Positions 1 through 12,135 of a DNA stretch of 64,000 bases are shown here, one piece after another; the stretch's first letter is position 1, and each line of letters begins with the position of its first letter. This stretch comes from Centroscyllium fabricii (taxonomy: Eukaryota), in NCBI GenBank assembly GCA_051313645.2, contig JBNRSN020000021.1, positions 8,804,001 to 8,868,000 on the forward strand, read 5' to 3'. A program made the translations under genes and the position numbers. The notes under the pieces are model-generated. The model was not told the DNA's origin and did no database searches. It saw only the letters and a list, made by a program, of their open reading frames with translations.

Positions 1-737
1 TCTTATGTTCTCATAGGAACCGGCACCTCCCCCTTTCGCCATCCCACCTGCTTGCTCGCCTCCTGTCTTGAAGCCTCCCACGCTCATCTCCTGTACCTCT
101 CTCTCTCACGGGCCTACACGGAAAGCAAGGAACAGATCAGAAACGTACGTCTCGTAGTGATGTCATTCTCCCTAAACTCCGATAGATAAAAGTGCCTTTG
201 AGCAAAGATTTTCATTAAGAAATCAGAGCTTTTCCAACCACTGATACAAAAAAAATAAGATTAATAGTTGTTGGGAGGAGTTCAATTCTTTTTATATATC
301 CCCTTGACTAAGTAAGTACTTTAAATAGGACCAACGCTGACTGAACAATAAACTTCGCATTCAATGTGAGTAGTATGAAATGCAGATTAATATTCAATCA
401 ACATTAGTCTTTCAGATACTGCCACCAAGTAAAAAGGTTTAATTGGCTCTGAAAACCCAATAAAACCGTCCAATTATTAAGCTCTTCAAAATCCATATTC
501 CTTTAAATAATGCCAGACAAACTCTTATATGAAAGGGGACAGCAAAACTAGTGCACATGACCCCAGGAAATACTAAACTTCCCCAAATCCTTCTTATCAT
601 CTATATTAAGATGATTAAGGTTTTGGAAAAAAGAAAACCTCTGCTGATACCCCCCCGCCCACGTATAAATATGAAGACTGGTTGCTTGGTCAATGCTCCA
701 GAAGGATGTTTCTCATGCATGGAATGAAAGGCCAGCA

Positions 738-910
738 CATAGAAACATAGAAGATAGGAGCAGGAGTAGGCCATTCCGCCCTTCGAGCCTGCTCGGCCAT
801 TCAATGAGATCATGGCTGATCATCCAAACCCAGTACCCTGTCCCTGCCCTCTCCCCATATCCCTCGATCCCTATGGAGCCTGCACCGACACATATTCCAC
901 CCTATCCCCG
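738..910 (-). mobile_element. 3' fragment of V-SINE with CR1-B-type tail
   Basis: catagaaacatagaa repeat end followed by ggagcaggagtaggccattc...; matches tails of the full copies at 7824 and 38828. Confidence 0.8.
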
Positions 911-1199
911 AGCACGAGTTGGTGATGGCAGGAAAGGAGAGCTGGGTGGTGGGAAGAGACCTGGAGATGGTCCTAACCAGTAGTCGCCTGTCAACGAGTT
1001 ACAGGTTTCACGCCACAGCTAATAATACATCAGGAGGTTTGATAGAGGGGTGTATAATCATGAAGCATTTAGATAGAGTGATCAACGAGAAACCGTTTCC
1101 AATGGCTGAAGGGTCGATAATCAGATTTAAGGCGATTGCGTGGGAAAACAACCAGAGGCGAAATGAGGAAAAACATTTTTACACAACCAATGGTTAGGA

Positions 1200-1847
1200 T
1201 AGAGTCACAGTCATAGAGTTATACAGCACAGAAAGAGGCTCTTCGGCCCATCAAGTCAGCACCGGCCATCAAGCCCTGTCTATTCTAATCCCATTTTCCA
1301 GCATTTGGTCCGTAGCCTTGTATGCTACGGCATTTCAAGTGCTCATCTAAATGCTTCTTGAATGTTGTGAGGGTTCCTGCCTCGACCACCCTTTCAGGCA
1401 GTGAGTTCCAGATTTCAACCACCCTCTGGGTGAAAAAGTTCCTCCTCAAATCCCCTCTAAATGGTGGCATAATGGTTAGCACTGTTGCCTTACAGCACTA
1501 GAGACCCGGGTTCAAATTCGGCCTCGGGTACTATCTGTGTGGAGTTTGCACATTCTCCCCGTGTCTGCGTGTGTTTCCTCCGGGTGCTCCGGTTTCCTCC
1601 CACAGTCCAAAGATGTGCGGGTTAGGTTGATTGGCCATGATAAATTGACCCTTAGTGTTAGGGGGATTGAATATGTGGGGGTTACGGGGATAGGGTGTGA
1701 TATGTGTCGGTGCAGGCTCGATGGGCCAAAATGGCCTCTGTCTGCACTGTAGGGATTCCATGATTCTATGATTCTATGATAAAATCCTGCCACTTTCCTT
1801 GAAACTATGCCCTCTGGTTATTGACCCCTCTACTAAGGGAAAAAGTT
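1200..1847 (-). mobile_element. CR1 LINE family A 3' end, interrupted by a V-SINE
   Basis: ORF2 C-terminus FFTQRVVEIWNSLPERVVEA...GYGPNAGKWD; LINE resumes at ~1781 after the SINE. Confidence 0.9.
1463..1779 (+). mobile_element. HE1-type V-SINE (tail A)
   Basis: tRNA-like head (ggtggcataatggttagc...ggttcaaattc), V-domain tgtgtggagtttgcacattctccccgtg, tail ending (attctatg)n. Confidence 0.9.
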
Positions 1848-1999
1848 TATAGAAACATAGAAGATGGTAGCAGGAGTTGGCCAATCGGCCCTTCGAGCCT
1901 GCTCCGCCATTCAATGAGATCATGGCTGATCATCCGAACCCAGCACCCCACCCCTGCCCTCTCCCCCTATCGAGCCTGCACCGACAGTATGCTGCTGAA

Positions 2000-2205
2000 T
2001 ATATCATCACTCAACCAATGCCTAAGCAGACTATCTGGTCATTTATTTCATTGCTTTATGTGGGAGCTTGCTGTGCGCAAATTGGCTGCTGTTTTTCCTA
2101 CATTACAACAGTGACTACACTTTAAAAAGTACCTCGTTGGCTGTAAAGCGCTTTGGGACACTATGTGGTTGCGAACGGCATTATACAACCGCAAGACTTT
2201 CATAT
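2000..2205 (+). mobile_element. DeuSINE (SacSINE1-like) 3' part
   Basis: tgggagcttgctgtgcgcaaattggctgc...cattacaacagtgactacac...gctgtaaagcgctttggg. Confidence 0.8.
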
Positions 2206-2509
2206 CTTTAGTTGGCTGGGCCAGGGGCTAATGACATAATTAACTTAGGGGCTAATTGAACAGTGAAGCGGTATTAACTCATTAATTTCCTCCGAGGATT
2301 GTGACAGTCAGAGAATACAGGGTAAATGTCAATGGGCAAATGTGCGGATTACGACAATGAGCCCTCAAGTGTCGTGTGACCTCTCGACGACCTCGCTGGC
2401 CTCCAACGGAACATCTGGTCACAATTGGAGCCTCGCTCAACTTCCCCGTACTTAAAACCAAAGTTCCAGCAATAGGCTGGTGGAAGGGGGAAAAAATCCC
2501 ACAGAAGCT

Positions 2510-2990
2510 AGCAGACTGATACCTGGGATGGCAGGAATGACGTATGAGTTGAGATTGGGTCGATTGGGTTTATACTCGCTGGAGTTTAGAAGATTGAGAG
2601 GGGATCTCATTGAAACTTATAAAATTCTAACAGGACTGGACAGACTAGATGCAGGAAGGATGTTCCCGATGGCGGGGAAGTCCAGAACCAAGGGTCACAG
2701 TCTAAGGATAAGGGGTAAGCATTTAGGACAGAGATGAGGAGGAATTTCTTCACCCAGAGAGTGGTGAACCTGTGGAATTCTCTACCACAGAGGGCGGTGG
2801 AGGCCAATTCATTAAATATATTCAAGAAGGAGTTAGATATATTTCTTAAGGGATCAAGAGATATGGGGTTAAGGCAGGGGCAGGGTACTGAATTTGGATG
2901 ATCAGCCATGATCTCATTGAATGGCGGAGCAGGCTCGAAGGGCCGAATGGTCTATTCCTGCTCTTATCTTCTATGTTTCTGTTTCTATGT
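2510..2990 (+). mobile_element. CR1 LINE family B 3' end
   Basis: RLIPGMAG..LGLYSLEFRRLRGDLIETYKI; tail gatcagccatgatctcattgaatggcggagcagg...tttctatg. Confidence 0.9.
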
Positions 2991-3156
2991 AAAAGTTGAG
3001 TTGCCGCCCAAGAAGTGCAGGAGTGGAAGCTTTGCATAAACAACAGTGAAGCATGGGGTGAAGGGACGTGGCGCGCAAAATGCTATTATGTGGTGGAGAT
3101 TACTGCATTAGTGTGAGGGATGTTAGTGCCCGGAACTGGGAGCCTCTCTGCTCTTC

Positions 3157-3835
3157 AGAAGGCAGCAGGACAGGTGGATAAGGTGGTTAAAAAGGCATAT
3201 GGGATACTTGTCTTCATTAGCCGAAGCATAGAATATAAGAGCAGGGAGGTTATGATGGAGCTGTACAAAACGCTGGTAAGGCCACAGCAGGAGCACTTAG
3301 TGCAGTTCTGGTCGCCGCACTATAGGAAGGATGTGATTGCTTTGGAGAGGGTGCAGAGGAGATTCACCAGGATGTTACCTGGGCTGGAGCGCTTCAGCTA
3401 TGAAGAAAGACTGGACAGGCTGGGGTTGTTTTCCTTGGAGCAGAGAAGGATGAGGGGGGACCTGATTGAGGTGTACAAAATTATGAGGGGCAAAGATAGG
3501 GTAGATAGAAAGGAACTTTTTCCCTTGGTAGAGGGATCAATAACCAGGGGGCATAGTTTCCGGGTAAGGGGCAGGAGGTTTAGAGGGGATTTAAGGAAGA
3601 ACCTTTTCACCCAGAGGGTGGATGGAGTCTGGAACTCACTGCCTGAAAGGGTGGTCGAGGCAGGAACCCTCACAACATTCAAGAAGCATTTAGATGAGCA
3701 CTTGAAATGCCATAGCATACAAGGCTACGGACCAAGTGCAGGAAAATGGGATTAGAATAGACAGGGCTTGATGGCTGACGTGGACGTGATGGGCCGATGG
3801 GCCTCTTTCTGTGCTGTATAACTCTATGACTCTGA
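3157..3835 (+). mobile_element. CR1 LINE family A, 5'-truncated
   Basis: ORF 3120-3755 LYKTLVRP..VQFWSPHYRKDVIALERVQRRFTRM..GYGPSAGKWD; tail ctgtgctgtataactctatgactc. Confidence 0.92.
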
Positions 3836-4489
3836 TGAAAAGTAAGTTGTTGAGGCAGCAAGGATGGGGAGGGAGCAAGCAAAACGTAACAGATGAAAGA
3901 CACATTCAATTACATTTCTCTAGAACTGAAATCATTTTCAATTCACTCGAGTCTTATTTCACATTTACTCTGGAAAACAACGGATGAAACTTTTAACCAA
4001 CCGAAGAAAAAACCTTTACTGGGTTTCCTCCACAATGGATTTAAAACAGGACCCAAACCCGTGACAATGCTGAGTATTCTGATACAAGCCAGCAAAACAG
4101 ATCCCTCTGGCAGTTGCCAATCATTCTGATCAGCATTTTCAGTAAAAAAACATTCCGTAGAATAGCGCACGTGCCGGAACATATCTCAACTGCTTCAGTG
4201 AAAAGCCAGTGTTATAAATGAGGCAGCTCCAGTCAAGTGACACCTGCAAATCTATCTGGTGGATCTGGCTGATGGCACCACATCGCTGTAATAATGACAC
4301 ACAAAGAATCGGTTACCTTTGCACTGCAGCACTGCTCGTGTGCAATACTCCAGTTTAATTACCGCTTTCATGCTGGAATTAAACAGGTATTAAGAGCATA
4401 TTGGATTCAAGCTGGCAACATAATGTCGCATCCAAAATCAATCAATCTAGCAAATTGAGGGCTCGCGCTGGAAATAGCTGATCGCGAAG

Positions 4490-4680
4490 GCTGCCAGATT
4501 GTTGTTGGGGTGGCGGGGGTAAATCGAACCAGTTCACTGATGTCCTTCGGGGAAGGGCACCGGACACCCCTACTCGTGACTCCAGTCCACACGGCAAGGT
4601 TGGCTCTTAACACCCTCGGGATAACGAAGGGATGGACACCAAATGGGATGTTGCCAGCATTGCCTACTTCCCAAGAACAG
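4490..4680 (+). mobile_element. degraded copy of the SINE at 48995
   Basis: gttcactgatgtccttcggggaagg...gtgactccag...agggatgg resembles 49190-49440. Confidence 0.55.
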
Positions 4681-5724
4681 ATGGGAGATAAGCCCTTGGC
4701 TTCTGCTACGAGAACACTTGGAGCGATGACCATTTTATATCACTGAACTGCCACTGAAAAGTACAAGTCAACCCATTATATGTTGGAAGTGCCAGTGAGC
4801 TGTAATTCGTCAATATGCACAGCAACATCGGCGCCCACAGGACCAGTCAAACATAGAAACATAGAAGATAGGAGCAGGAGTCGGCCATTTGGCCCTTCGA
4901 GCCTGCTCCGCCATTCAATGAGATCATGGCTGATCATCCAAACCCAGTACCCTGTCCCTGCCTTCTCCCCATATCCCTCGATCCCTATCGAGCCTGCATC
5001 GACACAGTCGGGGAGAGGCCCGGGCATGCACAGCCAAACACGGCAGCCATTTTGCGCGTGTGCAGACCAGTCGGGGAGAGGCCCGGGCATGCGCAGCCAA
5101 GTGCGGCAGCATGCGCACACCAGTCGGCCGGATTCTTTCCGGACGACTGTAGGTTAGAAACATAGAAACATAGAAACTAGGAGCAGGAGTAGGCCATTCG
5201 GCCCTTCGAGCCTGCTCCGCCATTCAATGAGATCATGGCTGATCTTTGGCTGAGATCCGAGACCTCCGTAGGCAACGTTTGAGGTAGGTGCATTTGATTG
5301 ATGGTAGCTGGGTGCCGGTGATTCGTTGGGCAGTTTTGACTACCCGACTTGGAGGGGAAATTGCAGGTGGTGGTGCTCCCATGCACCTGCAGCCCCCGTC
5401 ATTCTAGGTGGCAGAGATTGTGGGCTTGGGAGGTGCTGTTGAAGAAGCCTTGGCAAATTCTCAATTTGGGCATAGATGTTGACTGTAACAGGCCTGAAGT
5501 GGGAAAAACAGTATACTAGGGGCAATCAAACAATAGCTTCAAGGGAATACAGAGTCAATAAGAACATGCACATATATTGGCTGTTTTGGTGTCTTTTATT
5601 TTTTTAATACAAGATTTACCCCATAAACAGGATCACAACCAATATTTACCCCTGACACCATAGCACAACCCACAGTATTGGCCCACCCAGGAGCCACAAT
5701 GCCTTTTGCTTACTAGGATGTTTA

Positions 5725-5968
5725 TCCCACCCCATCCCCGTAACCCCACATATTCAATCCCCCTAACACTAAGGGTCAATTTATCCTGGCCAATCAGCCT
5801 AACTCGCACATCTTTGGACTGTGGGAGGAAACCGGAGCACCCGGAGGAAACCCACGCAGACACGGGTGAATGTGCAAACTCCACACAGATAGTACCCGAG
5901 GCTGGATTTGAACCCGGGTCTCTAGTGCTGTAAGGCAACAGTGCTAACCACTATGCCACCGTGCCACC
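5725..5968 (-). mobile_element. V-SINE, 3'-truncated
   Basis: head and V-domain in reverse orientation. Confidence 0.88.
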
Positions 5969-6127
5969 CTGAAGACCAATGTGCCCATTAGGCCGCTCCC
6001 AATGCACGGCAGACTCCTTTGCACTGGCAGCAACTACTGCACATGTGCATTTGTTCTGAGAATCATGTTTTGAAACTTTATTTTCCGGACCTGAAGTCCA
6101 GCTCAATGGGTGGGAAAGCTCAATGGC

Positions 6128-6582
6128 TTTGTGTAGCACACTCGCTTCTGAGGCGGAGGTTTGTGGGCTCGAGTCCCACTCCAGGGACCTGAACGCATAA
6201 AGCTCGGCTGACACTCCGGGGCGGTGCGGAGGGAGCGCTGCAATGCCGGAGGTGCCGTCTTTCGGATGAGACATTAAATCGATGCCCCGTCTGCTCTCAG
6301 GTGGATGTAAAATATCCTGCGGCACTATTTTGAAGAAGAGTAGGGGAGTTACCCCGGTGTCCTGGCCAATATTTCTCCCTCAACCAACATAACCAAAAAA
6401 CAGATTATCTGATCATTATCACATTGCTGTTAGTGGGAGCTTGCTGTGCACAAATTGGCTGCCACGTTTCTCACATTACAACAGCGACTTCACTTCAAAA
6501 GTACTTAATTGGCTGTAAAGCGCTTTGAGTTGTCCAGTGGTCGTGAAAGATGCTATGAAATGTAAGAATTTTTTCTTCTTTA
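6128..6582 (+). mobile_element. DeuSINE (SacSINE1-like), near full length
   Basis: tRNA-like head tagcacactcgcttctgag...gggctcgagtccc, Deu core ggaggtgccgtctttcggatgagac, L2-like tail gtgaaagatgctat. Confidence 0.85.
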
Positions 6583-6780
6583 TTTCATATAATCCAGGCT
6601 GACACTCCCAGTGCAGTGCTGAGGGAGTGCTGCACTGTCAGAGGTGCCGTCCTTCAGATGAGATGTCAAACCGAGGCCCCACCTGTCCTCTCAGGTCAAC
6701 ATAAAAACATCCTACAGACTACTAAAGAAGACCATCGGCCGGCCGTGCCTTCAGCTGCCTAGGCCCTAAAGCTCTGCAAT

Positions 6781-7751
6781 TTTCAGCTGTTTCATCAATG
6801 ACCTTCCCTCCATCATAAGGTCAGAAGTGGGGATGTTTGCTGATGATTGCACACTGTTCAGCACCATTCAAGATTCGTCAGATACTGACGCAGTCCGTGT
6901 CCATATGCAGCAAGACCTGGACAACATTCAGACATGGGCTGACAAGTGGCAAGTAACATTCGCACCACACAAGTGCCAGGCAATGACCATCTCCAACAAG
7001 CGAGAGTCTAACCATCTCCCCTTGACATTCAATGGCATTATCATCACTGAATCCCCCACTATCAATATCCTGGGGGTTACCATTGATCAGAAACTGAACT
7101 GGACCAGCCATATAAAGACTGTGGCTACAAGAGCAGGCCAGAGGCTGGGAATTCTGCAGCGAGTGTCTCACCTCCTGACTCCCCAAAGCCTTTCCACCAT
7201 CTACAAGGCACAAGTCAGGAGTGTGATGGAATACTCTCCACTTGCCTGGACGAGTGCAGCTCCAACAACACTCAAGAAGCTCGACACCATTCAGGATAAA
7301 GCAGGCCGCTTGATTGGAACTCCATCCACCACCTTCAACATTCACTCCCTCCACCACCGGCGCACTGTGGCTGCAGTGTGTACCATCTACAAGATGCACT
7401 GCAGCAACTCGCCAAAGCTCCTTCAACAGCACCTTCCAAACCCGCGACCTCTGCCACTTAGAAGGACAAGGGCAGCAGACGCATGGGAACAGCACCACCT
7501 ACAAGTTCCCCTCCAAGCCACACACCATCCTGACTTGGACCTGTATCGATGCTCCTTCACTGTCGCTGGGCCAAAATCCTGGAACTCCCTTCCTAACAAC
7601 ATTGTGGGTGTACCTACACCATATGGACTGCAGCGGTTCAAGAAGGTGGCTCACCACCATATTCTCAAGGGCAATTAGGGATGGGCACTAAATGCAGGCC
7701 TAGCCAGCCAACGACACCCACATCCCATCAATGAATAAAAAAATTAAAAAA
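6781..7751 (+). mobile_element. CR1-group (Zenon-like) LINE, RT C-terminal part, inserted in an L2 end
   Basis: ORF 6827-7678: MFADD, QQDLDNIQTWADKWQVTF, YKAQVRSVMEYS, WNSLP; A-rich end. Confidence 0.85.
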
Positions 7752-7823
7752 ATCCCTCCCTAAACCTCTCTCCTCCTTTAAGATGCTCATTAAAGCCTAC
7801 CCCTTTGACCACGCTTTCGGTCA

Positions 7824-8220
7824 CATAGAAACATAGAAACTAGGAGCAGGAGTAGGCCATTCGGCCCTTCGAGCCTGCTCCGCCATTCAATGAGACCATG
7901 GCTGATCATCCAAACCCATTATCCCGCCCCTGCCCTCTCCCCATATCCCTTGATCCCTATCGAGCCTCCATCAACACATATCCCACCCTATCCCCGTAAC
8001 CCCACCTATTTAATCCCCCTAACACTAAGGGTCAATTTATCATGGCCAATCAACCTAACCCCGCACATCTTTGGACTGTGGGAGGAAACCGGAGCACCCG
8101 GAGGAAACCCACGCAGACACGGGGAGAATGTGCAAACTCCACACAGATAGGACCCGAGGCTGGATTTGAACCCGTGTCTCCAGTGCTGTGAGACAGCAGT
8201 GCTAACCACTGTGCCACCGT
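7824..8220 (-). mobile_element. V-SINE, full length, tail B
   Basis: head, V-domain and CR1-B tail; inserted at tcac in an L2 end. Confidence 0.9.
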
Positions 8221-8797
8221 CACCTGTCCTAATATCTTCCCATGTGGCTCGGGGTCAAATGTTTCTCTTGATGACACTCCCGTGAAGCACCTTGGGACGT
8301 TTTACGAAGTTAAAGGCACTGTTGCTGTTGGAGGACCTGAAGACTGGCACCTGACGGAAATTTTTAAAGGGAGAAGAGCAGCAGACTGTTGACACTCTCC
8401 CCGGGTTAAGATGAAGGAAAAGCACCTTAAAGTGATCAGAGGCAGAAAATGCTATTCCACAGACCCATGAACTGCCTGCTGTGAAATTACTTTTGAAGCC
8501 AGCGCCACTGAACAAAGCAACAAAATCCTCGTTGTAATTTTGAACACGCTCTATTAAATCTCCCCTTAAACTTCTCTCTGCTAAGGAGCAATAAAAAATC
8601 GGGGATGCGCAATGGGCCTGAATTACGAGGGGCTTTGATAGAGTCGAGAGGGAGAGGCTGTCTCCACTGGCAGGGGGGGTCGGTAACCAGAGGACACAGA
8701 TTGAAGACGATTGACAAAAATTCCAGGGGGGGGGAGAGGAGGAGAATTTTTCTTTTTACTCAGCAATTATGATGATCTGGAATGCGCAGGTTCAATA

Positions 8798-8878
8798 CAG
8801 GTTGAGCACCGTTAATCCGGCACCCACGGGACCAGGCCGGTGCCGGATTACTGAAAATTCCAAAGCACTGAAGGTTGA
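8798..8878. mobile_element. single end of a Tigger/pogo-like MITE
   Basis: ta-caggttgagcaccgttaatccgg TIR; reverse complement of 12055-12133. Confidence 0.75.
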
Positions 8879-9016
8879 AGAAGGGATCGAAAACTTACTG
8901 ATTAGCAGAGCTACCTTGAGTGAGGGAATGATGTGGAGGTGCCGGTGTTGGACTGGGGTGGACAAATGTAAGAAGTCGCACAACACCAGGTTATAGTCCA
9001 ACAGTTTTATTTGAAA

Positions 9017-9053
9017 TCACAAGCTTTCGGAGCGCTGCTCCTTCATCAGGTGA
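9017..9053 (-). ncRNA. minimal type I hammerhead ribozyme
   Basis: ucac-CUGAUGA-a-ggagc(agc)gcucc-GAAA-gc-UU-guga; all core residues intact. Confidence 0.8.
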
Positions 9054-9085
9054 AGTGAAGAGATGCCGGTGCAGCATATATAGTC

Positions 9086-9480
9086 ACGGTGGCATAGTGG
9101 TTAGCACTGTTGCCTTACAGCACTGGAGACCCGGGTTCAAATCCGGCCTCGGGTACTATCTGTGTGGAGTTTGCACATTCTCCCCGTGTCTGCGTGGGTT
9201 TCCTCCGGGTGCTCCGGTTTCCTCCCACAGTCCAAAGATGTGCGGGTTAGGTTGATTGGCCAGGATAAATTGACCCTTAGTGTTAGGGGGATTGAATATG
9301 TGGGGTTACAGGGATTGGGTGGGACATGTGTCTGTGCAGGTTCGAGAGGGATATGGGGACAAGGCAGGGACAGGGTACTGGGTTTGGATGATCAGCCATG
9401 ATCGCATTGAATGCTGGAGCAGGCTCGAAGGTCCGAATGGCCTACTCCTGCTCCTATCTTCTATGTTTCTTCTATGTTTC
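9086..9480 (+). mobile_element. V-SINE, tail B
   Basis: head, V-domain, CR1-B tail. Confidence 0.9.
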
Positions 9481-9699
9481 TAAAACAATGCTTGATGATT
9501 ACAGGTAATTTTTCTAACTGCCCTTTATCACACCTCGGCAGAGAGATAATCACCACAATCAAAGGTGTAAATGGTGTCCAAACAGGTCAGTCAGCAAAAC
9601 ATTCCATCAAAGAACAATGAGGTGGGGTCACAAGTGGTCAAATGTTGCACATGCTGTATGAAAACAAAAAACAAAACAAAGCAATAAAAAATAAAATCA

Positions 9700-9917
9700 T
9701 TCAATCCCCCTAACACTAAGGGTCAATTTATCCTGGCCAATCAACCTAACCCGCACATCTTTCGACTGTGGGAGGAAACCGGTGCACCCGGAGGAAACCC
9801 ACGCAGATACGGGGAGAATGTGCAAACTCCACACAGATAGTACCCGAGGCTGGATTTGAACCCGGGTCTCCAGTGCTGTGAGGCAACATTGCTAACCACT
9901 GTACCACCGTGCCTGCC
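9700..9917 (-). mobile_element. V-SINE, truncated
   Basis: head and V-domain in reverse. Confidence 0.88.
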
Positions 9918-9924
9918 CACATGA

Positions 9925-10790
9925 AGGGATTAGGACAGGTGACCAACAGCTTGGGAAAAGAGGTAGGTTTCAAGAAACGTCTTAAAGAAGGAGAGAGAGG
10001 TAGACAGGCGGAGAGGTTTATGGAGGGAATTCCACAGCTTAGGGCCGAGGCAGCTGAAGGCACGGCCGCCAATGGTGGAGCGATCAAAATCGGGGTTGCG
10101 CAAGAGGCCAGAATTGGAAGAGCGCAGATACCTGAAGGTTGTAGGGCTGGAGGAGGTTATAGAGATGGGGAGGGGGGCAAGGCCATGGACGGATGCGAAA
10201 AGAAGGATGAGAATACAGGTCCGGCACCGTTAATCCGGACACCGGTAATCTGGAAACTTCAGTCATCCGGAACGAATCCGGCCGACTGGTCTGCGCATGC
10301 GCAAAATGGCCGCCGCGCGTGGCTGCGCATGCCCGGACCTCTCCCGGACTGCCCAACTGGTCTGCGCATGCCCAAAATAGCCATCATGCGAAAAATGGCC
10401 ACCGCGCTTGGCTACGCATGCGCAAGCTGGCCACCGTGCTTGGCTGCACATGCCCGGGCCGCTCCCGGAACGACTGATGCTTCGGCGAGCACATGCGCAG
10501 ACCATTCAAAATGGCCGTTGGCCTTCGCGGTGGCTATTTTGAATGGTCTGCGCATGCGTTCGCCGAAGCTTCAATCATTTGGATTTTTCACTAGTCCGGC
10601 ACCGGCCTGGTCCCGCCGGTGCCGGATTAACGGTGTCGGACCTGTATTAAAATAGAGGCACTGGTGGACCGGGAGCCACTATAGACCAATGAGCACAGGT
10701 AAGATGTGTGAACGGGACTTGGTGCGAGTTCGGATACAGCCAGCACATTTTTAGATGAGCTCATTCACAGAGTGCAAAGTAGAATGCTGG
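9925..10790 (-). mobile_element. L2-type LINE 3' region, split by a MITE
   Basis: ttccacagcttagggccgaggcagctgaaggcacggccgcc (GRAFSCLGPKLWNS reversed); similar to 46727-47245. Confidence 0.7.
10216..10644. mobile_element. Tigger/pogo-like MITE, complete
   Basis: TIRs caggtccggcaccgttaatccgg / ccggattaacggtgtcggacctg, TA on both sides. Confidence 0.9.
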
Positions 10791-11389
10791 TCAGGGGAGC
10801 CTCCATACACAGGATACAGTGGACAGAATGCACGAGATAACGGCAATAATGAAAACCTGGCACTATTTGTTCGGGGTAATATTCCTCAGTCCTCTTCTCC
10901 CCCCGCAACACCGCATTAAACACAAATGTCATTTCACGGTCACTTAAAAAAAGAAAGAGGAAAAACGCATGAAGAAAAAGCGTTGTAAAATAACAGGTGG
11001 ATCCGGATAAAACACGCAATTAGTTTGCCAAGAAATGTTTTGCTTCGGTGAAGATTATGCTTCAATTAGCTGATTGTCAAATCTGTTGCACCATGGTAGG
11101 GGAACAAATCATTCTTTGAGCGACACAGCATAAATGAAAGGCAAACAACATTGAGAAAGAACTAATACATCAAAGCGATTAAACTTATTAAAACTACAGC
11201 CAATTATCAGCAGGTGAAGAAATGCAACAGGCGGTTATTCTTGTTTCTTTCTCCTCTGTCCGCCCCCCCCAACACCGGCAACTTTAGCCGGGCAAGTTTT
11301 CAGGGCATGGGTAGTCCACTGGGTACTTTACTTAGGTGGCCATTCTTAGGCGAATTCAGAGAGTGACTACTAGCCATTCCTGCTGTGGA

Positions 11390-12048
11390 GCACGCTCCGG
11401 GCCCTGGGGAGTGTTCCACTGCTCGCTACAAACCCCGGGGAGTGTTCTACTGCATGCTCCGGGCCCCGGGGAGTATTCTAATGCATGCTCCGGGCCCCGG
11501 GGAGTGTTCTACTGCACGCTCTGGGCCCCGGGGAGTATTCTACTGCATGCTCCGGGCCCCGGGGAGTGTTCTACTGCATGCTCGGGGCCCTGGGGAGTGT
11601 TCTACTGCATGCTCCAGGCCCTGGGGAGTGTTCTACTGCATGCTCCGGGCCGCGGGGAGTGTTCTACTACATGCTCCGGGCCCCAGGGAGTGTTCTACTG
11701 CATGCTCCGGGCCGCGGGGAGTGTTCTACTGCCCACTCCGGGCCCCGGGGAGTGTTCTACTGCATGCTCCGGGCCCTGGGGAGTGTTCTACTGCCCACTC
11801 CGGGCCCCGGGGAGTGTTCTACTGCATGCTCCGGGCCCTGGGGAGTGTTCTACTGCATGCTCCGGGCCGCGGGGAGTGTTCTACTGCCCGCTCCGGGCCC
11901 CGGGGAGTGTTCTACTGCCAACTCCGGGCCCTGGGGAGTGTTCTACTGCATGCTCCGGGCCCCGGGGGGTGTTCTGCTGCAGCCTCCGGGCCCCGGAGAG
12001 TGTTCTACTGCACGCTGCGGGCCCCGGGGAGTGTTCTACTGCGTACTC
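11390..12048. repeat. 31-bp minisatellite, ~21 units, inside a Tigger-like MITE whose right TIR ends at 12133
   Basis: unit ccggggagtgttctactgcatgctccgggcc; 31-aa periodicity in three frames; followed by ...cggtgctcaacctg-ta. Confidence 0.92.
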
Positions 12049-12135
12049 CCCCCGAACCTTCAGTGGTTCGGAATTTTCAGTAGTCCGGCACCGGCCTGGC
12101 CCCGAGGGTGCCGAATTAACGGTGCTCAACCTGTA

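Larger units (their letters stand above)
8929..9690 (-). mobile_element. PLE family 1 pseudo-LTR, interrupted by V-SINE 9086-9480
   Basis: tail gatgtggaggtgccggtgttggactggggtggac plus ribozyme core; 9481-9660 resembles the pLTR at 23800-23960. Confidence 0.8.

Noticed and set aside
48-113. Possible 66-nt minus-strand host exon (ttccgtgtag...cag|gtggga; PVRERGTGDERGRLQDRRRAS)
   Set aside because: Plausible splice sites but no recognisable protein or partner exon; needs RNA-seq
1463-1530. tRNA gene
   Set aside because: tRNA-derived SINE head, repeated many times in the window
11390-12048. CRISPR-like array
   Set aside because: Contiguous units, no spacers, no cas genes, eukaryotic context
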